Of a stretch of DNA of 64,000 bases, positions 1 through 9,508 are shown piece after piece (position 1 is the first letter of the stretch; every line of letters begins with the position of its first letter). The position numbers were made by a program, and so were the translations under genes. Source of the stretch: Spirochaetaceae bacterium (lineage in GTDB: Bacteria > Spirochaetota > Spirochaetia > Treponematales > Treponemataceae); assembly GCA_017622235.1 (NCBI GenBank), contig JAGARN010000001.1, forward strand, positions 1,238-65,237, in the 5' to 3' direction. The notes below the pieces were generated by a model. That model did no database searches. It had not been told where the DNA came from and saw only the letters and a list, made by a program, of their open reading frames with translations.

Positions 1-809
1 ACAACCTGACCAAAGGATGGCCAAAATTGCAACAAAGCAAAAAGAGTTGTCAATACACCAGAAAGAATTGAACCAAAATTCGGAATAAAGTTAAGTACGA
101 ATGCCAAAAATCCCCATATTATAGGGAAATCTAACCCAACAACCATAGTCCCAAGAAAAACAAGAACACCTGTCAACAATGAAATAAAAAACTTTACAGA
201 AAGATATCTTGTAACTTGCAAAACAATATCTTTAACCATGGACATAATTTTTCCAGGTGATTTCCCATCCATGGCTGCTATAGCCTTTGCCTTGAACAGA
301 GCCGTTTCTGAGAGAAAAAATATTACAAACAGAGCAACCACTGTAAGATTTTTTGCAAAATCAATAAGACCATTCGAAAGAGATAAACCTAAAGATTGAA
401 TAGCATTACGAATCCCTAACTGATTCCATAAGTTTGTAAAAAGACCTGATTCATCATCATAAGAAAGATGAAAAATCTCTGCAAAAGCTTTGTACACATA
501 AAGAAATCTTTCTTCATATTTGGGATAAACAGAAATTATTGTCTTTACACTAGAAAACAAAAGATTACCTATAACAAAAATTGCTGCCAATAAAATAACA
601 AATATTACAAGTATTCCAAGCACATTTGGAATGTGAAATTTTTTTTTCAAAAAAACAAGAACTGGCTGAAAAACGAAAGCCAACATTATAGCGACTATAA
701 CAGGCAACACTACTTCTGCTGTTATTTTAAGAACTGCTCCAACTAGAATTACACAAATACACAAAAGCAACAAAAAAATCGCTCTTGAATAATTCAGTTC
801 TTTTTTCAT
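1..809 (-). CDS. AI-2E family (PerM-like) transporter, 3' end outside window
   Basis: Not in the ORF track. Manual translation from ATG 809 gives MKKELNYSRAIFLLLLCICVILVGAVLKITAEVVLPVIVAIMLAFVFQPV...FLAFVLNFIPNFGSILSG, a hydrophobic sequence with the AI-2E-type NFIP motif. Confidence 0.85.
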   Translation of the reverse strand, partial: MKKELNYSRAIFLLLLCICVILVGAVLKITAEVVLPVIVAIMLAFVFQPVLVFLKKKFHIPNVLGILVIFVILLAAIFVIGNLLFSSVKTIISVYPKYEERFLYVYKAFAEIFHLSYDDESGLFTNLWNQLGIRNAIQSLGLSLSNGLIDFAKNLTVVALFVIFFLSETALFKAKAIAAMDGKSPGKIMSMVKDIVLQVTRYLSVKFFISLLTGVLVFLGTMVVGLDFPIIWGFLAFVLNFIPNFGSILSGVLTTLFALLQFWPSFGQV

Positions 810-812
810 GTT

Positions 813-2093
813 TTATCCTTTAGGTTTTATTTTGTCAAAGCCACAATATGGAACAAGAACCTCTGGCACAGTTATAGACCCATCTACATTCTGATAATTC
901 TCGATAATTGCAACAAGGGCTCGAGAAACAGCCACAGCCGTTCCATTCAACATATGAACAAAACGATTTTTTCCATCATCATCTTTGTAGCGTACGTTAA
1001 GACGACGAGCCTGAAAATCAGTACAGTTTGAAGTTGATGTAACTTCCCCCCAATCTCCATTTTCTCCTCGCCCTGGCATCCATGCTTCTAAGTCCCATTT
1101 TCTGTAGGCAGGAGCACCTAAATCGCCTGTGCAAGTATCAACAACACGGAAAGGTATACCTAAGCCTTGGAATATTTCTTCTTCAATTTGCCTAAGTTTT
1201 TCGTGTATAGCATCAGATTGCTCAGGAAGACAATATACAAACATCTCCAATTTTGTAAACTGATGCACACGATATAATCCTTTAGAAAACTGTCCAGCAG
1301 CTCCTGCCTCTCGGCGAAAACAATGGGAAAGCCCACAATACATCAAAGGTAACTTTTCTTTGGACAAAATTTCACCAGAATGATACCCACCAAGAGTTAT
1401 TTCCGCTGTAGCTACAAGACACGACTGCTCACCTTCTAGTGAATAAACATTTGACTCATTACCCCTAGGATTAAAACCAATTCCTTGTAAAATTTCTTCC
1501 CTAGCAACATCAGGTGTTATAAAAGGTGTAAATCCATGTTTACGCAAAATATTTAAGCTATACATGACCAAAGCTTGCTCTAAAAAAACAGCCTCATTCT
1601 TCAAATAATAGAACTTATTACCAGAAACTTTTGTAGCCGCATCAAAATCTACAAGATCAAGAGCTTGTGCCAAATGAACGTGATCTTTAGGTTCAAAATC
1701 AAAAACTCGTGGTGTACCCACACGTTTTACTTCTAAATTTTCTGTATCAAGAGAACCTACCGGAGCTTCTGGATGAGCCATATTTGGAATTTTACGACCA
1801 GCTTCTTCTAATTGGATTTCAACTTCTGCGAGTTTTTTTTCACAATCAGCAATTTTTTCTTTTATGGATTTTCCTTCTTCTATCAGAACCCAACGCTGTT
1901 CATTATCTAGCTTACCTTTCATTGCTTTTGCATTGTCGTTTCTTTTTTGTTGCAAAGATTGCACTTCTGTTACCAACCCCGTTCGTTGGTCAAACAAACT
2001 AACAACCAAATCAGCATCTGCATTCATATTACGGTCAGCAATGTTTTTTTTAACCGCTGCTAAATTTTCCTTGATAAATCTGTAATCTAACAT
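813..2093 (-). CDS. serS: Seryl-tRNA synthetase
   Basis: MLDYRFIKEN start, N-terminal coiled coil, FRREAG, GLYRVHQF, SNCTDFQARRL, HMLNGT motifs. Start moved from 2147 to ATG 2093. Confidence 0.97.
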   Translation of the reverse strand: MLDYRFIKENLAAVKKNIADRNMNADADLVVSLFDQRTGLVTEVQSLQQKRNDNAKAMKGKLDNEQRWVLIEEGKSIKEKIADCEKKLAEVEIQLEEAGRKIPNMAHPEAPVGSLDTENLEVKRVGTPRVFDFEPKDHVHLAQALDLVDFDAATKVSGNKFYYLKNEAVFLEQALVMYSLNILRKHGFTPFITPDVAREEILQGIGFNPRGNESNVYSLEGEQSCLVATAEITLGGYHSGEILSKEKLPLMYCGLSHCFRREAGAAGQFSKGLYRVHQFTKLEMFVYCLPEQSDAIHEKLRQIEEEIFQGLGIPFRVVDTCTGDLGAPAYRKWDLEAWMPGRGENGDWGEVTSTSNCTDFQARRLNVRYKDDDGKNRFVHMLNGTAVAVSRALVAIIENYQNVDGSITVPEVLVPYCGFDKIKPKG

Positions 2094-2256
2094 AATATAA
2101 TTATAATATCGTGGACGGCATTTTTGTGCAAGTATACGATATCCCATAATCTTATTAGGGTATTTTCATTTGATTTTGGATAACATATGTGATAGAATAC
2201 AGGTGGTTTATTAGTTTTTTGAGCAACTGCATATATTTTTCTTTTTGGGAGTTTCG

Positions 2257-2901
2257 ATGAAAAAAATAAACGTTTTTATTTTATTATTTGTTTTCTTTTC
2301 TTTGACATTTTTACTATGTGGTTGTGGCTTTGTTTTTTCAGGTATTTCTGGCTCTGCATCCTATACTTTTGTTAATCAACTTAGAAACACATCTATTACT
2401 CAAATTCGACTTGAACCTATTGACGGTTACGGTATGTTTTCGAGCAAAATCCACTCATGCAGAATAAGCTACGGACAATCGACAATCATAAATGGTATTG
2501 CTAACGGCAACTATCGTATTTACGTAACAATAGACGAGGTAGAATACCTTGCTAATAAAGGAACAGAACTCATTGTAAACGATAGCAATGGTTCACTGCA
2601 AATAAAATACAAACAGCAACTGCAAGCAAAACTTCAAGTTACGAACAACACAGGAAAAGCCCTTACAGAAATTGCATGGTCAGAAGATATTAATTTTTCT
2701 GAAGAATCTAAAAAAACCATTAGCATTAGATCTGGTGCAACTGTAACTATTGATATGCCAGAGGGGAATTTTTACTTAAAGTTCTTTGCAAGGGTAAATA
2801 ATTATCAGTCAGACGAGATTGTTTACAAGAATCAATACAACGTACCTATTCAAGTTTACCTTGAAAAGGAAAATGTAGAAGCTATTGTTCTTGAAAACTA
2901 A
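2257..2901 (+). CDS. Putative lipoprotein with two internal beta-rich repeats
   Basis: MKK, hydrophobic stretch, LLCGC lipobox. GGGAG SD before ATG 2257. Two similar ~90-aa halves. Confidence 0.7.
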   Translation: MKKINVFILLFVFFSLTFLLCGCGFVFSGISGSASYTFVNQLRNTSITQIRLEPIDGYGMFSSKIHSCRISYGQSTIINGIANGNYRIYVTIDEVEYLANKGTELIVNDSNGSLQIKYKQQLQAKLQVTNNTGKALTEIAWSEDINFSEESKKTISIRSGATVTIDMPEGNFYLKFFARVNNYQSDEIVYKNQYNVPIQVYLEKENVEAIVLEN

Positions 2902-2925
2902 ATTGTGCCAAATTTTTAAAATCAG

Positions 2926-2953
2926 TTGACAAAAAAAGAAATATGCAATAATA
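2926..2953 (+). promoter_or_regulatory. sigma70 promoter of rubrerythrin
   Basis: TTGACA at 2926 followed by an AT-rich -10 region (CAATAATAT) about 16-17 nt downstream. Confidence 0.6.
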
Positions 2954-2957
2954 TCAC

Positions 2958-2992
2958 ATTTGTAATGATTACAAATACAAAATCATTACAAA
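2958..2992. promoter_or_regulatory. PerR/Fur-type operator
   Basis: Perfect 9-1-9 palindrome ATTTGTAAT-G-ATTACAAAT (2958-2976) plus a second partial copy AATCATTACAAA (2981-2992). Resembles the PerR box TTATAATnATTATAA, and a PerR-like gene is adjacent. Confidence 0.75.
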
Positions 2993-3012
2993 CTATTCAA
3001 GGAGAATTAATT

Positions 3013-3555
3013 ATGAAGAAATGGGTATGTAGCGTTTGTGGATATGTTCACACAGGTGATAATGCACCAGAATTTTGTCCTCAGTGCCGTGTTCCTGCTG
3101 ACAAATTTAAAGAGCAGGTTGATTTTGCAGGATTTGCAGATGAACATAAAGTAGGAATTGCACAAGGTTTAGACGCAGAAGTTGTTCAAGGTCTTAAAGA
3201 TAATTACATGGGCGAATGTACAGAAGTGGGAATGTATTTGGCTATGAGTCGCCAAGCAGACCGTGAAGGATACCCCGAAATTGCAGAAGCATTCAAGCGT
3301 TATGCTTTTGAAGAAGCTGACCATGCTGCTCGCTTTGCAGAATTACTTGGCGAAGTTGTTACCCCTAGCACAAAGAAAAATCTTCAGTTGCGTTCTGATG
3401 CAGAAGCCGGTGCATGCGAAGGGAAAATGATGCTTGCAAAACGTGCAAAAGAATTAGGCTACGATGCAGTTCATGACACTGTACATGAAATGGCAAAGGA
3501 TGAAGCTCGCCATGGAGCAGGCTTTATGGGGCTTTTGAAAAGATACTTTGGCTAA
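3013..3555 (+). CDS. rbr: Reverse rubrerythrin (N-terminal rubredoxin domain, NADH peroxidase-type)
   Basis: [15 protein letters not shown] rubredoxin domain followed by ferritin-like EEADHA/DEARHG diiron motifs. AGGAG SD before ATG 3013. Confidence 0.93.
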   Translation: MKKWVCSVCGYVHTGDNAPEFCPQCRVPADKFKEQVDFAGFADEHKVGIAQGLDAEVVQGLKDNYMGECTEVGMYLAMSRQADREGYPEIAEAFKRYAFEEADHAARFAELLGEVVTPSTKKNLQLRSDAEAGACEGKMMLAKRAKELGYDAVHDTVHEMAKDEARHGAGFMGLLKRYFG

Positions 3556-3565
3556 AAGCTGTTGT

Positions 3566-3610
3566 ATTGTTTCAGGGGATGCAAATGCAACCTCTGAAAC
3601 AATTTTTTTT
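3566..3610 (+). terminator. Intrinsic terminator after rubrerythrin
   Basis: ATTGTTTCAGGGG...CCTCTGAAACAAT stem followed by a T run. Confidence 0.7.
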
Positions 3611-3619
3611 GGAAGCAAA

Positions 3620-4054
3620 ATGAATCTGCCTAGAACAGAAAACGAAATAATAGACAAAATATCAAAACACGGTATAAAACCTTCTCTGCAAAGAATTCAA
3701 ATTTATACTTTTCTTTGCAACAACAGAATTCATCCTACAGCAGAAAGGGTTTATTCCGCTCTTGCTCCAAGTATTCCTACTTTGTCTAAAACAACTGTGT
3801 ATAATACTCTCAAACTTTTTAATCAACAACATTTAATCCAATCTTTAACAATAGAAAACGAAGAGTTGCGTTACGATGCGAATACATCAGATCATATTCA
3901 CTTTAAATGCGAAAGTTGCGGTGAAATTTACGACATAGAGAATCAACAAATTGTCGAATTTCATAAACTTTTAACTAATACATTGCCTAAAAACTATGTT
4001 GCACAAAAAACCCAAACGTTTATTTGGGGAATCTGTGATTGTTGCAAAAAATAA
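3620..4054 (+). CDS. perR: Fur-family regulator, PerR-like
   Basis: HPTAERVY, LSKTTVYNTL, RYDANTSDHIHFKCESCG and C-terminal CDCC motifs. Adjacent to rubrerythrin. Confidence 0.85.
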   Translation: MNLPRTENEIIDKISKHGIKPSLQRIQIYTFLCNNRIHPTAERVYSALAPSIPTLSKTTVYNTLKLFNQQHLIQSLTIENEELRYDANTSDHIHFKCESCGEIYDIENQQIVEFHKLLTNTLPKNYVAQKTQTFIWGICDCCKK

Positions 4055-4143
4055 AGTTAATAATTCAAAGCAGAGTAAGCGGTAAAACAGAAAATACTTA
4101 TCACTCCTATATTTTTTTTCGATACTTTAGTATAGGAGTATTT

Positions 4144-7002
4144 ATGCAAAAATATATTTTATTTCTTATACTTACGATATCTGTTTTGCTAACTTTTTTT
4201 ACAAGCTGTCTTTCAACAGCAGAGCAAGAACAAACTCAACCTGCACAAATTGAAGAACAAGTTGAGGATACAAAAAAAAGTCAAACCGTTCAAGAAATGA
4301 TTTTCTCTGGAAACACAGAAAAAGCAAAAAATTCATTTCAAATACAACAGAATATTGACGCAACGGATGAAAACGGCAACACAGTTCTCCACGCTGCGGC
4401 AAAAGTAAATGATGCAGACCTTGTTACACTTTTTATATCAATGGGAGCTTCTACTGAATTAAAAAACAACGACAGCGATACACCTCTCCATGTGGCTATA
4501 AAAAACAACAACCTTGAAGCTGCACAGGTATTGGCGGCTGTTGATAGCGATATATTTGCTAGAGATGCCAAAGGGCTTACCGCATTAGAATTAGGTCTAT
4601 ACAATGGTTCTAGTTTTTTTCCGGCAATAATCACCACTAGAACAGGTGAAATGCGAGACAACGCTGGACGATCTATAATTCATTATTTTGTAAAAGCTGA
4701 AAATGCTTCAGCAGTTGAATATGCAATACAAAAAAAGATTCCTATTGATATAGCAGACAACTCCGGTGCAACACCTTTAAGCCTTGCTTTAGAAAATCAC
4801 AACAGTATTACGAGTGTAAATATTGCAGCAAGCTTATTATTAGCCGGAGCAAAGGCTAAGCATGGAAAATATGCCTACTTTGAAGATGCTGTTCTAACTC
4901 GTAACCCCACTATTCGTTTTGATGATGGTCAAACACCCTTACATCTTTCAAGCATACAAAACCATACTGGGATAACAAAATATTTAATTCAGCGAGGAGC
5001 AGTCATTGGTGCACAAGATATATCAGGAGCAACGCCTTTACATGAATCAATTCGTTACGGCAATGTAGATAATGCTCGCCTTCTGCTTAGTGCTGGTGCA
5101 AACGTAAACGCACAAGATAACCTTGGTAAAACTCCCATTTTATTGATTATTCCACAAAACAAGCAATCTGAAATATATAGTCTGTTAATCTCTCATAAAG
5201 CAAATATAAATGCAAAGGATATGTATGGTGATACAGTTCTTCATGTTGCTACAATGAATGGAGCAAGCACAAATATATTACAACAATTCTTAAACAATGG
5301 TGCGGATATAAACGAACGTAACAAAGAAGGTTCAACACCACTTGCCTTGGCAGTAGAACACAAATTAACATCTGTTATTCAGTTTTACGCACAAAGAGGT
5401 GCAGATATTCACGCAGAAGACAAAATGGGTAATACTCCATTAACGAAAGCACTTAAATTAGGGCTTGAAATGACTAGCAAACTCCTAAATTCAACGAACA
5501 TACACACTCGTGATTCTTACGGCAACACGGCATTACATTTAGCCATAATTTGTGCTACTCCAACTGCAATTACAGAAAATCCAGATGAAAAAAACACAAA
5601 AGATTCACTTACAGAAACAATGGAATACATTGTTGGATTGAGTTCAGATATTAACACACGCAACAGAAACGGAGACACAGCTCTTTCGTTGGCAGTACAA
5701 AGGAATATTAAACGAGGAGGAGAATTTCTTCTTAACCGAGGAGCCGACATATTTTCTACAAATAATGATGACTATTCACCTCTTCGTCTTGCTTTAGAAG
5801 ATGACACTAACGCAAAAAGCTGGCTTCTAACTTCTCAAGTTATTAAAGCTGTAGACGGTAGCGGTAACACACCTTTACACTACGCCGCTGAATGGGGGTT
5901 ACCAAACGCTGTTTATGTTCTTGTAGAAAAGGGTGCTGATCCTAATGCCAAAAATGCCAACGGAGAAACTCCAATTTATAATGCTGTCAAAGCAAACAAT
6001 TCTGAATTGATACAAGTTTTAGTAGCAAACGGTGCAGCAAAAGATACAAGAGACTACTTGGGCAACACTCCTGTTCATGCTTGCGTACGCTGGAATACGA
6101 TTGACGCTACCTACGCCCTTGTAAATGCAGGTGCTAGCCTTGATGCTAGAAATATAGCAGGTAAAACACCTTTAGCAGAAGCAGCTAGAGCAGGAAAAAT
6201 CGATATGGTGAACATACTGCTTGAAAATGGAGCAGATATAAACGCCACCGATGAAACAGGTAAAACAGTTCTTATAGATGCAATTCAAAGTGGTAGCACA
6301 GATTTGGTTCGGTTGCTATTGGACAAAGGTGCTTCACCTCTTATTCAAGAAATGTACGGTCGAAACGCATTCCACGAAGCCGCATTGCTTGGCGATCCTG
6401 AAATGATTAGCATAATTAGAGTTGCCGGAGGAGATCCATTAGGTCGAGACACAGACGGGAATACACCTCTTTCAATCGTTTTGCCTAAGGGTGAAGCTGC
6501 TGTAAGAGCCACCTTAGGAACAAATCCCAACCTTTGCGATTCTAACGGAAATACACCAATCCATGTTGCTGTTATTTCAAACTCTAAACCAGAAACGCTA
6601 ACTATGTTACTAAAAATGAATTATCCGGTAAATCGACGCAATAGTTCTGGAACTACTCCCTTATCTTTGGCTATTGCTCAAAATTCAATTCAGTTGGCAT
6701 CAATATTGTTGCAATATGGTGCAGACCCATACATTGCAGACAACACTGGTGAATGTGCAGTTTCTATAGCTCTAAAAGAAAACGCCCCAGTTCTTGACCA
6801 AATAGTAAAACAATCCGGAACAAAAACTGATATATCCGGAGAAGGCATACTACACTATGCAGCAAGATTAAGCGATTCAGAAACAATAAAACGACTTTTA
6901 TCTATGGGGTTAGATAAATCCCAAAGGAGCATTTCTGGGGAATCCCCATATGACATTGCCGTAAGATGGCAACGGCCAGAAATAGCTCAACTGTTACAAT
7001 AA
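4144..7002 (+). CDS. Large ankyrin-repeat lipoprotein
   Basis: Signal peptide with FFTSC lipobox and >20 GxTPLHxA ankyrin repeats. AGGAG SD before ATG 4144. Confidence 0.9.
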   Translation: MQKYILFLILTISVLLTFFTSCLSTAEQEQTQPAQIEEQVEDTKKSQTVQEMIFSGNTEKAKNSFQIQQNIDATDENGNTVLHAAAKVNDADLVTLFISMGASTELKNNDSDTPLHVAIKNNNLEAAQVLAAVDSDIFARDAKGLTALELGLYNGSSFFPAIITTRTGEMRDNAGRSIIHYFVKAENASAVEYAIQKKIPIDIADNSGATPLSLALENHNSITSVNIAASLLLAGAKAKHGKYAYFEDAVLTRNPTIRFDDGQTPLHLSSIQNHTGITKYLIQRGAVIGAQDISGATPLHESIRYGNVDNARLLLSAGANVNAQDNLGKTPILLIIPQNKQSEIYSLLISHKANINAKDMYGDTVLHVATMNGASTNILQQFLNNGADINERNKEGSTPLALAVEHKLTSVIQFYAQRGADIHAEDKMGNTPLTKALKLGLEMTSKLLNSTNIHTRDSYGNTALHLAIICATPTAITENPDEKNTKDSLTETMEYIVGLSSDINTRNRNGDTALSLAVQRNIKRGGEFLLNRGADIFSTNNDDYSPLRLALEDDTNAKSWLLTSQVIKAVDGSGNTPLHYAAEWGLPNAVYVLVEKGADPNAKNANGETPIYNAVKANNSELIQVLVANGAAKDTRDYLGNTPVHACVRWNTIDATYALVNAGASLDARNIAGKTPLAEAARAGKIDMVNILLENGADINATDETGKTVLIDAIQSGSTDLVRLLLDKGASPLIQEMYGRNAFHEAALLGDPEMISIIRVAGGDPLGRDTDGNTPLSIVLPKGEAAVRATLGTNPNLCDSNGNTPIHVAVISNSKPETLTMLLKMNYPVNRRNSSGTTPLSLAIAQNSIQLASILLQYGADPYIADNTGECAVSIALKENAPVLDQIVKQSGTKTDISGEGILHYAARLSDSETIKRLLSMGLDKSQRSISGESPYDIAVRWQRPEIAQLLQ

Positions 7003-7004
7003 CG

Positions 7005-7295
7005 TCATGGTTTAACAGCGCTATCTAGCATTTTGCGGAAAGCGCTGTTTTCTTTTTTTAGCTCCTTTGAACCACGAGTAATTTTACATAAACTCATGCT
7101 GAACATTCTTGCTATTTCTCTTTGAGTTGTACCTTTGTCTATTTCTTTAACCAAAAGCCAACGTTTAGAAATATCCTCAAGCTCTGCTGGAGTAAAAAGA
7201 CAAACAAAAAAATCTTTTATTAATTGCTGATCATCTGTTTCGCTAAGTATACCACAGATTTCATCAAGCCCTTGCTTTTTTAGCGTATCATCCAT
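7005..7295 (-). CDS. TrpR/YerC-YecD family transcriptional regulator
   Basis: LFTPAELEDISKRW...TQREIA...SLCKITRGSKEL TrpR-like HTH. Confidence 0.85.
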   Translation of the reverse strand: MDDTLKKQGLDEICGILSETDDQQLIKDFFVCLFTPAELEDISKRWLLVKEIDKGTTQREIARMFSMSLCKITRGSKELKKENSAFRKMLDSAVKP

Positions 7296-7331
7296 ATCTA
7301 AAATATAAACTGTTTTTTAATTTAAGACAAG

Positions 7332-7362
7332 AAAAAAGCCCTTGTCCTAAGACAAGGGCTTT
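7332..7362 (-). terminator. Intrinsic terminator downstream of tRNA-Phe
   Basis: AAAGCCCTTGTC-ctaa-GACAAGGGCTTT perfect stem with flanking A/T run. Confidence 0.85.
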
Positions 7363-7434
7363 GCCGCCGGTAGGAATCGAACCAACGACACAAGGATTTT
7401 CAGTCCTTTGCTCTACCAACTGAGCTACAGCGGC
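7362..7434 (-). tRNA. tRNA-Phe(GAA)
   Basis: GCCGCTGTAGCTCAGTTGGTAGAGCAAAGGACTGAAAATCCTTGTGTCGTTGGTTCGATTCCTACCGGCGGCA cloverleaf; CCA not encoded. Confidence 0.97.
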
Positions 7435-7582
7435 AAGATGTTGATATTCTATATATTTACGAAAAATTAGTCAATACATTTTTTGCAAATAAAACAAAAT
7501 TACTTATTAAAGTTGAAATGCTATTAATTATGTGATATAATCCTGTAAGCTAGAGTTGTAATCTTTAATTATGGAGGTTTTT

Positions 7583-8521
7583 ATGGCTAAGAAAATTATT
7601 TCAGTTATGTTCCTTTTGAGTGTTTGTGCTTCTTTCGCATTTACTCAAGAGTTACCTAGTACAGACAAAATTTCAGAAGGGTTAAATGATTTTTCTATAG
7701 AACTATTAAATGTTGTTCCAAATACTGCTGTTCAACAGGGTGTTTGGTCAGACGCTTACATTGGGAAGCTTATTCCAAGCGTACCACCACATCTTGGTGG
7801 CGGTTTAACTGTAGGCATAGCTCAACTTGATCCTGCTGGTTTGAACATTGCTATTGGTGAACTCAACAAAATGGTTTCCCTTGGCGGAGAAGAAATTCCT
7901 TCACTACCAGACAGCATTGTTCTACCCACTTTAACAGCTGACCTAAGAATTGGAGGATTGTTTTTGCCCTTTGACCTTGGAATAAGCGTAATGAAAATTC
8001 CTTCAATATCATTTGATATGTTTGGGGCAGGAACTTCTATTGACTTTTTTACGATCGGTGGTTCTTTACGTGTTCCAGTTATGCAAGGAAACGTTATTTT
8101 ACCAAAACTTTCTATAGGGGCTGGATTAATGTACAGCAAAGGTTCAATAGGTGCCTATGTAGAAGATGATAATGCCTTTGTAAACACAAGTTTTGACACA
8201 AAAACAGCTTTCCTTGAGGCTCAGCTTTCAAAAAAGATATTGATTTTAACACCTTTTGTTGGTTTTAGAGGAATAATATCTGAATCTGAGAACAAATGGG
8301 GATGGAAATACAATATTTCTTTTGCAGGCTACACAGCAGGTGATGAAGAAACAGGTACAGTTTCACGATCTTACAAAGATGATTTTAAAGAGAATTTTCA
8401 ATACCAACTATACGGAGGACTATCGTTAGATATCCTCATAATAAGAACAACGGTATCTGCTTCTTACGACTTTAAGAACAGTATTTGGGGTGGCAACTTA
8501 AGCCTTAGAATACAAATCTAA
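7583..8521 (+). CDS. Putative outer-membrane beta-barrel protein
   Basis: Signal peptide, alternating amphipathic beta-strands, C-terminal GGNLSLRIQI strand. GGAGG SD before ATG 7583. Confidence 0.6.
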   Translation: MAKKIISVMFLLSVCASFAFTQELPSTDKISEGLNDFSIELLNVVPNTAVQQGVWSDAYIGKLIPSVPPHLGGGLTVGIAQLDPAGLNIAIGELNKMVSLGGEEIPSLPDSIVLPTLTADLRIGGLFLPFDLGISVMKIPSISFDMFGAGTSIDFFTIGGSLRVPVMQGNVILPKLSIGAGLMYSKGSIGAYVEDDNAFVNTSFDTKTAFLEAQLSKKILILTPFVGFRGIISESENKWGWKYNISFAGYTAGDEETGTVSRSYKDDFKENFQYQLYGGLSLDILIIRTTVSASYDFKNSIWGGNLSLRIQI

Positions 8522-8529
8522 AACAAACT

Positions 8530-8563
8530 AAAAACGCCAAGTCTTTTTGAACTTGGCGTTTTT
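8530..8563. terminator. Bidirectional intrinsic terminator
   Basis: AAAAACGCCAAGT...ACTTGGCGTTTTT between convergent genes. Confidence 0.85.
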
Positions 8564-8574
8564 ATTCACAAAAA

Positions 8575-9168
8575 TTATATTCCATACATATCAATTATTA
8601 ATTCCACTTCTGTTATAGAAACCCCAAGTTTTTGTGCAATTATATCCGAAGAAAAACCCTCCGCAGAAAGTTCTAAAACTTGTACTCTAAGATCTTTTCT
8701 TATTTTTACCTGAGTTGGTGCAGTTGATATTGTAGGAATTGGTTTTGTAGAAGCAGTCTCTTTAGCCAAAGTAGTTGCATCTTCAGAAATCTCAACTCTA
8801 TCCTGCTGTAAATCAGTTAAAGAAAATAAAGACTGGGCAGAATCGGTTTTTTTTGCACCGTTTTTTTCGGATTGAAGGGAAGCTAAAATAGATTGACTCC
8901 TAAGTTGTCGATTTACATCAGCATTTGCAAGCTCCGTGTAACGCTTTGCTTCATCAAGCAATTTTTGCAAACCTTCACGTCTTGCATCTAACAGAACTAT
9001 ACTTCTATCAGTTTCACTTTGTATGTCAACAAGCATTTTATTTATTACATCACGAACTTCCGCAATAACTTTTTCTGCAGCAAATTTTTTTTTGAACTGA
9101 ACAAAAAAAATAATCCACAAAAACAAATTAATTCCTATAATTACGGAACATAGAACCACACTAGGCAT
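8575..9168 (-). CDS. Membrane-anchored hypothetical protein with C-terminal HTH-like motif (fliA operon)
   Basis: N-terminal TM, coiled coil, C-terminal GFSSDIIAQKLGVSITEVELI. Confidence 0.7.
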   Translation of the reverse strand: MPSVVLCSVIIGINLFLWIIFFVQFKKKFAAEKVIAEVRDVINKMLVDIQSETDRSIVLLDARREGLQKLLDEAKRYTELANADVNRQLRSQSILASLQSEKNGAKKTDSAQSLFSLTDLQQDRVEISEDATTLAKETASTKPIPTISTAPTQVKIRKDLRVQVLELSAEGFSSDIIAQKLGVSITEVELIIDMYGI

Positions 9169-9172
9169 TTAG

Positions 9173-9508
9173 CTACCCTGAAATATCAATATATTTACCT
9201 AAATTTGGATCTTGAAAAAAAACCGGCTGACTAGTTTCGTTGCTTTCTTGCTCTGTATTTTCATCAGAGTGCTCTTTACCACTATCTTTGTTTTGTTTGC
9301 TATTTTTATTATCCTTAACACTCTGAACACCTTGTCCAGAATCTAAATGCTGAACAGCAGTATTTTTTTCCGCCTCTTGTCGTGCATGAACTTCTTGACG
9401 TATAGACTGAGCTAATTGTACCCCCTGCTGCTGATGCGCAACTGTTTTTGAAACATTCTCTAACTGAGAGTATAATGTTTGCAAATCAATTGGAGCTATA
9501 GCCATCAA
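9173..9508 (-). CDS. Conserved hypothetical protein (fliA operon)
   Basis: MAIAPIDLQTL...DPNLGKYIDISG, coupled to its neighbours. Confidence 0.7.
   Translation of the reverse strand: MMAIAPIDLQTLYSQLENVSKTVAHQQQGVQLAQSIRQEVHARQEAEKNTAVQHLDSGQGVQSVKDNKNSKQNKDSGKEHSDENTEQESNETSQPVFFQDPNLGKYIDISG

Noticed and set aside
2926-4143. Extended ORF starts from the track (2926, 3548, 4039; also 2147, 48470, 54628, 61566, 63199)
   Set aside because: The extensions run through promoters, operators or terminators; downstream ATGs have an SD or leaderless geometry and match family N-termini
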